DNA of 64,000 nt from positions 26,315 through 90,314 of the forward strand of contig JAJPWX010000036.1 in the NCBI GenBank assembly GCA_021205755.1, written 5' to 3'. The position numbers and the translations under genes were made by a program. The stretch comes from Lachnospiraceae bacterium (GTDB lineage Bacteria > Bacillota > Clostridia > Lachnospirales > Lachnospiraceae). Shown here piece by piece: positions 18,701-25,830 of this stretch. The notes beneath the pieces were generated by a model, which saw nothing but the letters and a program-made list of their open reading frames with translations, did not search any database and had not been told where the DNA came from. How positions within the stretch are numbered: the stretch's first letter is position 1; the number at the start of each line of letters is the position of its first letter.

Positions 18701-21700
18701 CTCAGCTCTTCCTCCAGATAATAGGTGTCGAGCGGAAGATTCTGGAAGGTATACTCCATCACGCCCGTCAGGGTCAGTGTGCGCGCAGCCACTTCTGTAT
18801 AGGTCTGCGTACTGCTGTCATATGTGTAAAGCTTAAAGGTAAAATCGTCGTCGTTTACGGTCGAGCTTGTAATCTCAGCTCCCGTAGAATCTTTCAGCGT
18901 CTTGGTCACTTTGATGTTCGCTGTCTCCAGCGAATTGGTAAAGGACGCATTGACATCGTCTGCCGGGGTATAAGTATAATACAAAATCGTCGTGTTATCC
19001 GTATCGTATACCGCCGTGAGACCCTCGGTCACAGACATGGTATAATCGTCTGTACTGCCGTTCAGGAACTCAGTCAGCCTGTAGGTCAGCTTATTGCCGT
19101 TTGTATCAAACGCTGCGACACCGCTTACATTCAGCTTCCACACGGTAGAGGAGTTTTCTGTCCACGTCTTCCCGCTTGTTGAATACGAGTAGGTCTTGCT
19201 GTCCGTAGCGTTCGCTTCCAGTGTCACATAGAAGTCTGTGCCGTCATTGTCCGGACGGGTGCCGTACGCATTCTCCTGATCGTCCCAGGTCTTGGTGAGC
19301 ACCGCCGTTGCTGTGTCAGAGATCGTATTCGTGATCGTAACACTCTGCGTTGTGCCCGCCGTCACGCTCGCCGCCTGACCATTCTCATCTACATCCACCG
19401 TCCAGGTATGGCTGCCGACTGTCACTGTTGTCACACCCGTAACCGCATCTGTCGCAGCACCGGATTCTGTCACCGTATAGCTGCCCGGTGTGAGATTCGT
19501 CAGGGTCACGGTCGTTCCTTCTTTGACCCTCACGGTCGCTGTGCCATTGGATACAGACCAAGAATTCCCATCGGTATCGCTCACGCTGGTCACGTCACTT
19601 GCGAAGCCGAATACCTGGAAAGTAAAGGTCGTTGTGCCCGCCGCATCATCCGGATCCACAACCGTCTTTGTCAAAGCCAGACGACCAACCGCCAGCGTGT
19701 TGGTGATTTCATAAGTCAAATTTCCGTTGCTGTCTTTGCTGGCCAGGTCGATGGAAGAGGTATAGCCATTCACAGCAAGCTCTTTGATGGTATAGTTGTT
19801 CGTGGTGACCGGCAGGTCTGTAAACGTATAGGACCAGCCGTTCCCCGCATTTAAGGTGCCGATCTTGCCGGTGGAGGCGCCGCCGTTTAAAAGCTCTACA
19901 GTCACTTCCGACGGACGTATCCCAAATGTATCTCCATTGTCATCCCACGTCTTATCGACTGTAACATCAATAGTGTCTTCCCCGTAATAATTATTGAAGC
20001 AATAGACCGGATTGTTACCCGAACTGGTCACGAGAGACGCAGATGTCGTAGTAACCGTCTCAGTGCTCACGCCATTGGTTGTAATGGTATCTCCGCTACT
20101 GTTAGTTGTCGTGGTCGCTATATAAGAGCTTGTGGTCGTATTATTATAGTCATAATCACCTATTGCAGCATTCCCTTCCGCGCTCGATGGAGTGGTCTCA
20201 ACTACATAATAGGTTTTGCCAAGCTCCACATCTGTTGTCGCGTAGCCAATGCCGTCACTGCCCACAGTCACAGTCACTGTCTCTACCTTTGTATCGGTCG
20301 AATCATAGATAGTAAATGTATACTGCTTGCCGTTCACATCGCTTCCGGTAAGCAAATTTTCATTACTATCATAGACATACTTCCATACGGTTACCATGGA
20401 CTTCGTCGAGGACGCCGCTGAAAGATTGAAATCCAGACCTGCACCGCTGGTGAAGGATTTTTTATCAGGCCAGCCATTCGGCAGCCCCGGACAGTTGTTG
20501 TCGTCATCCCAGTAGCTGAACGTGGATGAGAACGTCATCGTCACTGTATATGTCTTTTCTGATTTACTGGTAAACGTCACATCTTTGGTCAGGGAAAACG
20601 TATAGTACACTGGATTGCTTTCCGTACCGACCGGATAAGTGCCGCCCACACGGATCTGAGACGCTCCGTCCTCTCCCGTACTGGTTTGCAGATTATTCAG
20701 GTTCATGGAATAGGCTGAACTCGCAAGCGCTGTACCGTTCTGCACAGCTGTCAGCGTCACATTTTTGGAAGTAAAATCATTCTTCGTCAATGTCAAATTC
20801 GCTGTCATTGTTTCATCGCCAACTGTCAGATAAGCAGTAGTGTTCACCGCAATATCAATATGTGTTGCCGTGTTATTGCTTGCCGTCAGGCTCACCCCAT
20901 ACTCCACACTCGCGCTCACGATTCCATACTCGGAAAAGCTGTTCGCGGTGAATGTATAGGATTCTTTCCCTGCTTCGCTGCTGTCCACATTGGTCATTTC
21001 CGTAACACTGCCGCCCTCATTGAAATGATAGACGATGGCATAATCCGCACCATTTGTCTCCAGGTCCAGTGCGCTAAAGGTTACTTTTACATTGGTCTGC
21101 GGCTGGACTTTTACGCCGTTCGCGTCTGTGAAAGTAACGTCCGCCAGCAGAGTGTCATAGATGGTCACTGTTGCCGAACTGCCACATTCTTCTTCCAGCT
21201 GTGCCTGTACCGCATCAGTAAATGCAGTCACCTCAGCATTGGTTGCGGCTGTGACGGTCATCCTCACACCATCCGGGAATGCGCCTTCCGGAGCGTTTAC
21301 GGTAATAGTGAGATCATCCAGACTATCATTAACCAACACAACCGCAGGCATGGATACTTCCTCATCGCTCGTGTTCGCGTCGTCCGGATTGCTCTCTTCT
21401 TCAGAATTTGCGCCGCTTTCTCCCGATGCTTCGCCATTTCCTGCGTCTGCGTCATTTATATCAGGAGCATTCTCGTCTGCACCGTCATTTCCCGCCGCAT
21501 CCGCAGCTGTGTTTTCATCTGTGCCGGTGCCGTTTCCGTCCACGCCCGTGCCGCTTTCGCCTGCATCCGTGCCGCTTTCGTCTGCGGCCGTTCCGTTTTC
21601 ACCAGCATCCGTGCCGCTTTCGTCCACACCCGTGCCGTTTTCGTCAGCTCCGGTCTGACCGTCTGTATTGGTATCCTGATTTTCTTCCTTCAAATCCGAT

Positions 21701-22044
21701 GCGCCGTCTTCCTGCGCACCATCGGACTCTTCCTGTGTGCCATTGTTTGCGTTCGCGTTATTTACCCCTGTCATGTCCGTTACGGGTGTTTCCGCAACAG
21801 ACATTTCTGCTGTCTCTGAGGATGTCCCACTTGTCACAGCTGGTGTTTCCGCCTGCGCAGAAGTCCCTTCCGACCCATTTGCTGTCTCCCCATTCGCTGT
21901 GGATCCGTTCTCATCTACTGTGTAGATGACGCCCAAATCCGAACTGCCGTCTTCCGCGATCGAGGCGATGCCTGCCTGCTGAAATACCAGCGAAGCTGTA
22001 AGGATTGCCGCCAATAGACGACTCATTCTGTTTTTTCTTTTCAT
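12712..22044 (-). CDS. Giant cell-wall-anchored adhesin (3110 aa) built from Cna-B/SpaA-type, pilin isopeptide-linkage-type and DUF11-type repeat domains
   Basis: ORF 12712..22179 trimmed to the ATG at 22044 (GGAG RBS; signal peptide MKRKNRMSRLLAAILTASLVFQQAGIASIA). Domain signatures are listed in the findings. C-terminus is AVQTGD + hydrophobic helix + RKRRAGR. Confidence 0.9.
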   Translation of the reverse strand: MKRKNRMSRLLAAILTASLVFQQAGIASIAEDGSSDLGVIYTVDENGSTANGETANGSEGTSAQAETPAVTSGTSSETAEMSVAETPVTDMTGVNNANANNGTQEESDGAQEDGASDLKEENQDTNTDGQTGADENGTGVDESGTDAGENGTAADESGTDAGESGTGVDGNGTGTDENTAADAAGNDGADENAPDINDADAGNGEASGESGANSEEESNPDDANTSDEEVSMPAVVLVNDSLDDLTITVNAPEGAFPDGVRMTVTAATNAEVTAFTDAVQAQLEEECGSSATVTIYDTLLADVTFTDANGVKVQPQTNVKVTFSALDLETNGADYAIVYHFNEGGSVTEMTNVDSSEAGKESYTFTANSFSEYGIVSASVEYGVSLTASNNTATHIDIAVNTTAYLTVGDETMTANLTLTKNDFTSKNVTLTAVQNGTALASSAYSMNLNNLQTSTGEDGASQIRVGGTYPVGTESNPVYYTFSLTKDVTFTSKSEKTYTVTMTFSSTFSYWDDDNNCPGLPNGWPDKKSFTSGAGLDFNLSAASSTKSMVTVWKYVYDSNENLLTGSDVNGKQYTFTIYDSTDTKVETVTVTVGSDGIGYATTDVELGKTYYVVETTPSSAEGNAAIGDYDYNNTTTSSYIATTTTNSSGDTITTNGVSTETVTTTSASLVTSSGNNPVYCFNNYYGEDTIDVTVDKTWDDNGDTFGIRPSEVTVELLNGGASTGKIGTLNAGNGWSYTFTDLPVTTNNYTIKELAVNGYTSSIDLASKDSNGNLTYEITNTLAVGRLALTKTVVDPDDAAGTTTFTFQVFGFASDVTSVSDTDGNSWSVSNGTATVRVKEGTTVTLTNLTPGSYTVTESGAATDAVTGVTTVTVGSHTWTVDVDENGQAASVTAGTTQSVTITNTISDTATAVLTKTWDDQENAYGTRPDNDGTDFYVTLEANATDSKTYSYSTSGKTWTENSSTVWKLNVSGVAAFDTNGNKLTYRLTEFLNGSTDDYTMSVTEGLTAVYDTDNTTILYYTYTPADDVNASFTNSLETANIKVTKTLKDSTGAEITSSTVNDDDFTFKLYTYDSSTQTYTEVAARTLTLTGVMEYTFQNLPLDTYYLEEELSSGNDHAYTVTVTVGGIAATANSDGYYVIDLTSAAKGTTIEVAVTNQEQEIDLTKDTTAFPKVSKSFTSSVISGTGFSSEFSFYILDENDEEVAVGGTTATLNGSNSSVTWSYDKGAFTYTEVGTYVYEIYEDDTLVSGVSYDSTVYTLVVKVSRDSNGDLTSSYEIYTTYKGENSSENVKASSGAVFNNTYDTDAITYTMRVRKKLEGRSITVGEFAVILQEYENVSGTWTAAGSAIEVKNDASGVFSHTFKYTSTGTYYYKAYEKAGSETGMTYDTSWYWLKVVVDSKTDNYSQTVLKVTSVQYAKYDGTADKETTTPDANTTWTDYSGGLSNTIYAFTNTYKASGSTTLTAYKELEGRALEAGEFTFLLVAADSSAPMPSDAVTAAAGDTYVTDGYVAIGEEYVTATNSADGTISFGTIEYTQKDVNKTYVYLVKEVVGSADGVTYDTTSYGKRISVAITDAGNGELKINVTTTGTKDMNKDGKNDVVITNTFDQGSVDIYGRKVWVDGEQSHTNSSEVALMLYYTTDTNITEGSWKAWVSNSDGTYSIDGTGSYAVSWGTYNKDYWRIQGLPEFDSKGNAYTWKVVETDISGYTTTYTADPSDSTADPTADAEAVPDNNTSTNRYTITNIIEPKEIQLYGTKTWVDAEDAVTPDYTDITFTVTRNSDGSTVTTLTDVTGQNSGAGTGAEATYIVVWEKDANNEYTGKYNIYWYYDTTGSKYVGLPMYDSLGYAYSYKVEENTIPGTTASGETFTYLTEDSFTLVADGEYEFDFINSQPDETWDGPDKEVKKITDENGTEQTELDDDGNLYFAVGDQVTYTISYYNYTNETADITITDVLDEGVDFVSATDKDGNTVNKDTAAAGAAVTYDSSAHTVTWTLTGVEAFTKGTVALTVEVNDNARTPDADDETADIDNQATVTVAGNEYTSDLVTNPLEDDDPEDPTKEVTSVEDADYADQTKTDPEHSSNLYVSVGDYVYYEISYYNHYSTTANVTIVDVLDEGVNFVWGTQGCSYDSGTHTVTWTLETPAYTYGEVTLAVKVNDEAKLAANTYDVQGTGNALSYTDIASIANEASVTIGNDTAVYTNLVENPLDDDTPETPTKTISSSSPSGTDKDGDGAYDSVGVGSLIEYDITYYNYHNAASTITIVDTLDSGVNFISASANGVYDKTTHTVTWTLTDVTPLTKGTVTLIVMVNENAKVVNAGETTATVVNNATVQIGNETAESVVPVENPVDPDAPGDPAKVVAADSASGLEGSGVIAGDQITYDIDYYNHNNETAVVTIVDELDAGVDFVSASDGGIYDSQTHTVTWNLGSVDAFTGGIVTLTVEVNESAGDQVENDAVVKVGDNEATTNLVVNPVEEPVEPTKSVEIGDSDDTDDNGEAVAAGNELVYTIGYYNYRSEAVTVTITDALDAGVDFVSASNHGVYDETSHTVTWTIYNVKARTQGSVTLTVTVNENAKILNGTETTAAIQNKAYLEIGNEYKSWTNEVENPIDPDAPEAPTKQVDSDSSAGQNGETVTVGERITYRIGYYNNNNTAATVTITDQLDPGVTFVSANRDGVYDTATHTVTWTLENVSPFTSGSVTLTVQVNHNALTVESGETDAAVENNASVQIGNAAAVDTNTVENPVEEEPQEPTPTPTPTPEEPETESESESESETETETEMETETETEPETEPETYESSENASIQVVKNLTLGGDAIKAVSATYYVALYLDAECTERATDVLALNFADTSAAAATFTGIDLGRTYYIAECDANGNAITMGTEADGTIYYATFNNGNTAVVEDADGTATVIFENEFYSLPKGYYWPGTLTITKTLTDSNGNALNSDAVFYAGIFTDAACTTLAANVSESIVALSLAGGSTVSVNVDVMIEAEEGTTLYVAEVDANGNLVAGTDGFLYEVTVDGATAAFDPDHLDAAVTITNKEIVIEAEESEETTEAETTKATESESETEATAVQTGDTMQVLPYMLMMLAAVLVMLAGLTERKRRAGR
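21527..21652 (-). repeat. Six tandem 21-nt coding repeats (heptad G-T-x-x-D/E-x-x) in the N-terminal acidic region of the adhesin
   Basis: Plus-strand units start at 21527, 21548, 21569, 21590, 21611 and 21632, each GTGCCG(C/T)TT(T/C)CG... . They encode DENGTGVDESGTDAGENGTAADESGTDAGESGTGVDGNGTG. Confidence 0.8.
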
Positions 22045-22226
22045 AATTGCATCTCCTTTCTCATTAAGTGTTCCGTTTGCGGTAGTTCTACCAGTAATCA
22101 ATGCTTTTTCCGTTAAATGGTTGTTTTTCAATGTGACAATAACCGTAACATCGGTCTCTTCATTTTCAGCATCTTGCATAATTTCCTCATGTTTTTTTCC
22201 TCTCTCTCATTCAATTTTGTAGATTG

Positions 22227-22235
22227 ATTATAACA
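22227..22235 (-). promoter_or_regulatory. Candidate extended -10 (TGtTATAAT) for the adhesin gene
   Basis: The minus strand reads gcagaTGTTATAATcaatc, about 185 nt upstream of the ATG at 22044. The -35 is weak. Confidence 0.35.
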
Positions 22236-22339
22236 TCTGCTTTTCATTCTGACATCACCCATTTCAGCAAAAAAATGGGTGAGAAACATATGTTCTGTTG
22301 CTTTATGATTTGCGTTTACACATTTTTGTATAGTGTTCA

Positions 22340-22374
22340 AAAAACAGAAAAAAAGAAGACGGCAAGCCGTCTCC
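22340..22374 (-). terminator. Rho-independent terminator of the PurF-like gene
   Basis: The minus strand reads GGAGACGG-cttg-CCGTCTTC followed by TTTTTTTCTGTTTTTT. Lies 33 nt after the stop at 22407. Confidence 0.7.
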
Positions 22375-22406
22375 TCTCACAGTTATCTACAGTTTTCACA
22401 ACAAAA

Positions 22407-23825
22407 TCATTCTCTTCCGCTGAAGCAGTACGTACACAGCTTACACGGCTCAATCCCGATGGATTTTTCCATATCGTCCAGCCGATGATAGCGAAGCGTC
22501 GTAAAGTTCTGCTCTTTGCGGATGGCTTCGAGCATCTCGGTGTAATTTTTGCTGCAGGGATCCGCATAGTCAGAAAGCACCTCTCTGGAAACATCGTCCC
22601 CTTCTCGCTCGCGCACAACGCGGCGGGCAATCAGATCCATGTCGGATTTTGAGCGGGAGAAATTCAGATACTTGCATCCAAAGAGCAGCGGCGGGCAGGC
22701 CGGACGCACATGGACTTCCTTCGCGCCGCTCTGGTAGAGGAATTCCGTCGTCTCGCGCAGCTGAGTGCCGCGGACGATTGAGTCGTCAATCAGCAGCAGC
22801 TTTTTGTCTTTAATCAAAGCCTTGACCGGAATGAGCTTCATCCGGGCGATCAGATTACGCTGGCTCTGCCGTGTCGGCATAAAAGAGCGCGGCCAGGTCG
22901 GCGTGTATTTGATAAACGGACGTGCAAACGGAATCCCGGATTCGTTCGCATAACCAACCGCATGCGCAGTGCCGGAATCCGGCACACCTGCCACAATGTC
23001 AGGAGAAATATTGGCCGCTTCACGGTCGCGCGCGGCAAGCATCCCGCCGCAGCGGTAGCGCATCTCTTCCACATTGACGCCCTCGTAAGACGCGGTCGGA
23101 TAACCATAGTAAACCCACAGGAACGAACAGATCCGCATCTGGTCTCCCGGCTCACCGACCACTTTCACTTCATCTGGCGTGATAAAATCAATCTCCGCCG
23201 GTCCCAGCTCCCGATAGTCCTCATAGCCGAGATTCAGGTAGGCAAAATTCTCAAACGAGACACAATAGGCGTCTTCTTTTTTTCCAATCACAAGCGGGGT
23301 CCGCCCCAGTCGGTCACGCGCAGCGTAGATACCGTCTTTTGTCAGCAAAAGCAATGTCATCGAACCATCGATGACCTCCTGTACATAACGGATACCCTCG
23401 ACGATGGAATCCTTTTTGCAGATCAGCGCCGCCACCAGCTCTGTTGCGTTGATTTGCCCACTGCTCATCTCCTGAAAATGGGTATGCCCATTCTCATAGA
23501 CAGAGCGCAGAAGCTCGTCCATATTATTGATCTTGCCAACCGTCGTGATAGCAAAGCTGCCCAAATGCGACTGCACCAGCAGCGGCTGCGGCTCATAGTC
23601 AGAGATGCAGCCAATCCCCAGATTTCCTTCCATCTCGTCCGCGTCTTTTTCGAACTTTGTCCGGAACGGGGAATTCTCAATATTATGAATCGCGCGCATA
23701 AAGCCCTGTTCTCCATACACGGTCATTCCGCCCCGGCGCGTCCCCAAATGAGAATGATAATCTACCCCGTAAAAAAGTTCCATCGTGCAGCTTCTTTTCG
23801 CTGCTACTCCAAATATACCGCCCAT
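22407..23825 (-). CDS. Amidophosphoribosyltransferase-like protein (PurF paralogue) with Gly instead of the N-terminal nucleophile Cys
   Basis: Trimmed to the ATG at 23825 (GGAG RBS), N-terminus MGGIFGV. PRTase motif KKLLLIDDSIVRGTQ. Overall PurF-like length of 472 aa. Confidence 0.8.
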   Translation of the reverse strand: MGGIFGVAAKRSCTMELFYGVDYHSHLGTRRGGMTVYGEQGFMRAIHNIENSPFRTKFEKDADEMEGNLGIGCISDYEPQPLLVQSHLGSFAITTVGKINNMDELLRSVYENGHTHFQEMSSGQINATELVAALICKKDSIVEGIRYVQEVIDGSMTLLLLTKDGIYAARDRLGRTPLVIGKKEDAYCVSFENFAYLNLGYEDYRELGPAEIDFITPDEVKVVGEPGDQMRICSFLWVYYGYPTASYEGVNVEEMRYRCGGMLAARDREAANISPDIVAGVPDSGTAHAVGYANESGIPFARPFIKYTPTWPRSFMPTRQSQRNLIARMKLIPVKALIKDKKLLLIDDSIVRGTQLRETTEFLYQSGAKEVHVRPACPPLLFGCKYLNFSRSKSDMDLIARRVVREREGDDVSREVLSDYADPCSKNYTEMLEAIRKEQNFTTLRYHRLDDMEKSIGIEPCKLCTYCFSGRE

Positions 23826-23952
23826 GTTCTGTCTCCTCTCAGATGCTGCTCTGTAATTGTTCCGTATTATCGCTTTACATATAAAATTTCCAGATACACT
23901 CTTTTGCCCTGCCGGGCGCCGGCCGAAGTGTAACAGCGCGTGTATTGCGTGA

Positions 23953-23982
23953 AGTATACCATGCCTGGCAGGGACATGGCAA
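23953..23982 (-). promoter_or_regulatory. Candidate promoter TTGCCA-18-TATACT for the PurF-like gene
   Basis: Minus-strand hexamers at 23982-23977 and 23958-23953. Leaves a leader of about 120 nt. Confidence 0.3.
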
Positions 23983-23994
23983 TAGTAAACCGGC

Positions 23995-24022
23995 AGAAAA
24001 ACTCCCCGGAATTCCGGGGAGT
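23995..24022 (-). terminator. Rho-independent terminator after fabZ
   Basis: Perfect palindrome ACTCCCCGGAATTCCGGGGAGT (24001-24022), followed on the minus strand by TTTTCT. Confidence 0.75.
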
Positions 24023-24041
24023 GTATAACCGATAACAAATA

Positions 24042-24464
24042 TTACTGAATCACAAACGTCAATTCCGCTTCCGTGCAGACCTTATCGTCCACATATGCGG
24101 TCGCCTTGCCAACACCGACCGGTCCTTTCACCTTGATTACTTCAAGCTCCAGGCGAAGGACATCCCCCGGCACAACCTTCTGACGAAAACGCGCCTTATT
24201 AATGCCGCCGAACAGGACAAGCCTGCCTTTGTATTCGTCCAGTGAAAGGATCGCGACAGCGCCCACCTGCGCAAGCGCTTCCAGGATCAGCACGCCCGGC
24301 ATCACCGGCTCCTGCGGAAAATGCCCGGCAAAAAACGGCTCGTTATAGGACACACACTTGCGTCCCACCGCACGTACTCCCGGCTCCAGTTCGTCAATCC
24401 GATCCACAAGAAGAAACGGAGAGCGATGCGGCAATATTTCCATGATCTGTTTTGAATCTAGCAT
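24042..24464 (-). CDS. fabZ: 3-hydroxyacyl-ACP dehydratase FabZ
   Basis: [13 protein letters not shown] and [23 protein letters not shown] motifs, 140 aa. Confidence 0.95.
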   Translation of the reverse strand: MLDSKQIMEILPHRSPFLLVDRIDELEPGVRAVGRKCVSYNEPFFAGHFPQEPVMPGVLILEALAQVGAVAILSLDEYKGRLVLFGGINKARFRQKVVPGDVLRLELEVIKVKGPVGVGKATAYVDDKVCTEAELTFVIQ

Positions 24465-24581
24465 AGCGATTTTACTCCTGTTCTTACACTCTGCCTGATG
24501 TCAGCGGCGGTCACACCCTGACCAATCTCTTAACGCAGGTTTGACCTATGCCAGCATCCGGCTAATTTCACAAAGTCAGCA

Positions 24582-25817
24582 TTACTCAGCAAACTTTTTG
24601 AAAAGCAGCGTCGCATTGTGTCCGCCAAATCCAAGGGAATTCGTCAGGCAGGCATTTACCTCGCGCTCGATTCCCTCCGGCGTATAGTTGAGATCCATCT
24701 CTTCCTCCGCCTCGCGGAAACCGGCCGTCGCGTGGATATAGTTCTCCATAATGCTCTTTACACAGACAACCGCTTCCAGCCCGCCGGCAGCGCCGAGCGC
24801 ATGGCCGATCATAGATTTGGTGGAGTTAATATTAAGCTGGTAAGCCGCCTCGCCAAACGCGGCCTTGATCGCGCGCGTCTCACAGAGATCGTTAAGATGC
24901 GTCGCCGTTCCGTGGGCGTTGACATACGGAATCTCTTCCGGAGCCAGACCTGCTTCCTTCATGGCCAGCTTCATCGCGCGTGCAGCGCCCTCGCCGGTCT
25001 CTACCGGAGAGGTGATATGGTACGCATCACTCGTCGCGCCGTATCCGGCGATTTCCGCCAGAATCGTCGCACCGCGCTGCTGTGCGTGGGAAAGCTCCTC
25101 CAGAACCAGAACGCCTGCGCCTTCGCCCATGACAAAACCGCTCCGATCCTTGTCAAATGGCAGAGACGCCCGCAGCGGATCCGTCTCTTTGCTCAGGGCA
25201 GTCAGCGCAGAAAATCCGGCAATTCCCATCTCGCAGATCGCCGCCTCGGTGCCACCGGCTACCATCACATCCGCGTCGCCGACCTGAATTGAACGATAAG
25301 CCTCACCGATGGAATGTGTGCCAGTCGCGCATGCGGTCACAACGTTAATATTCTTTCCCCTCAAGCCAAAATGAATCCCGACATTTCCGGCCGCCATGTT
25401 CGAAATCATCAGCGGGACAAAAAGCGTCGGCACTCGGCCCGGTCCTTTCTCCAGCGCTTTCGAATGTGCCTGTTCAAAAATCTGAAGGCTGCCAACACCG
25501 CTGCCGATGGAGACGCCCACCCGATAGCTCTCATCCTCCGTCAGGTCGCTGATTCCGGCCTGTGCAAGCGCTTCTGCCGCCGCCGCTACCGCGTATTGGC
25601 TGAACAGCTCCATACGTCTGGACTCTTTTACGTCCATCACGGTAAGCGGATCAAAATCCTTTACCTCCGCAGCAAGCTTTGCCTTATATTCTGTTGTGTC
25701 AAAGCGGGTAATCGGAGCAATCCCTACTTTTTTTGCTTTCAGGCTGTCCCAGTAAGCATCCACGGAATTTCCGATGGGAGAAATTGCGCCCAAACCTGTC
25801 ACTACCACTCTTCTCAT
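24582..25817 (-). CDS. fabF: Beta-ketoacyl-ACP synthase II FabF
   Basis: Trimmed to MRRVVVTGLGAISPIG. Active-site region VVTACATGTHSIG, plus HGTATHLND and GHALGAAG. Confidence 0.95.
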   Translation of the reverse strand: MRRVVVTGLGAISPIGNSVDAYWDSLKAKKVGIAPITRFDTTEYKAKLAAEVKDFDPLTVMDVKESRRMELFSQYAVAAAAEALAQAGISDLTEDESYRVGVSIGSGVGSLQIFEQAHSKALEKGPGRVPTLFVPLMISNMAAGNVGIHFGLRGKNINVVTACATGTHSIGEAYRSIQVGDADVMVAGGTEAAICEMGIAGFSALTALSKETDPLRASLPFDKDRSGFVMGEGAGVLVLEELSHAQQRGATILAEIAGYGATSDAYHITSPVETGEGAARAMKLAMKEAGLAPEEIPYVNAHGTATHLNDLCETRAIKAAFGEAAYQLNINSTKSMIGHALGAAGGLEAVVCVKSIMENYIHATAGFREAEEEMDLNYTPEGIEREVNACLTNSLGFGGHNATLLFKKFAE

Positions 25818-25830
25818 ATAACGTCCTTTC

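Noticed and set aside
22045-22179. N-terminal extensions offered by the ORF track: adhesin from 22179, purF-like from 24038, COG0523 from 37621, acpP ORF to 28898, YARHG protein from 33511, tadA from the GTG at 12019.
   Set aside because: Internal ATGs are preceded by GGAGG-type RBSs and give family-typical N-termini or signal peptides. The extensions overlap neighbouring features (SRP RNA, the anti-sigma gene, terminators).
12538-22406. The adhesin locus as a mobile genomic island.
   Set aside because: There is no integrase, transposase, tRNA attachment site or long direct repeat. Only the shared 18-nt hairpin is present, and that is reported separately as a low-confidence observation.
23826-24041. 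A possible purine or ZTP riboswitch upstream of the PurF-like gene (CCCTGCC...GGCAGGG long-range pairing).
   Set aside because: I could not match the purine or pfl/ZTP conserved cores. The segment is at least partly explained by the fabZ terminator and a TTGCCA-18-TATACT promoter. Worth an Rfam scan, but not claimable.
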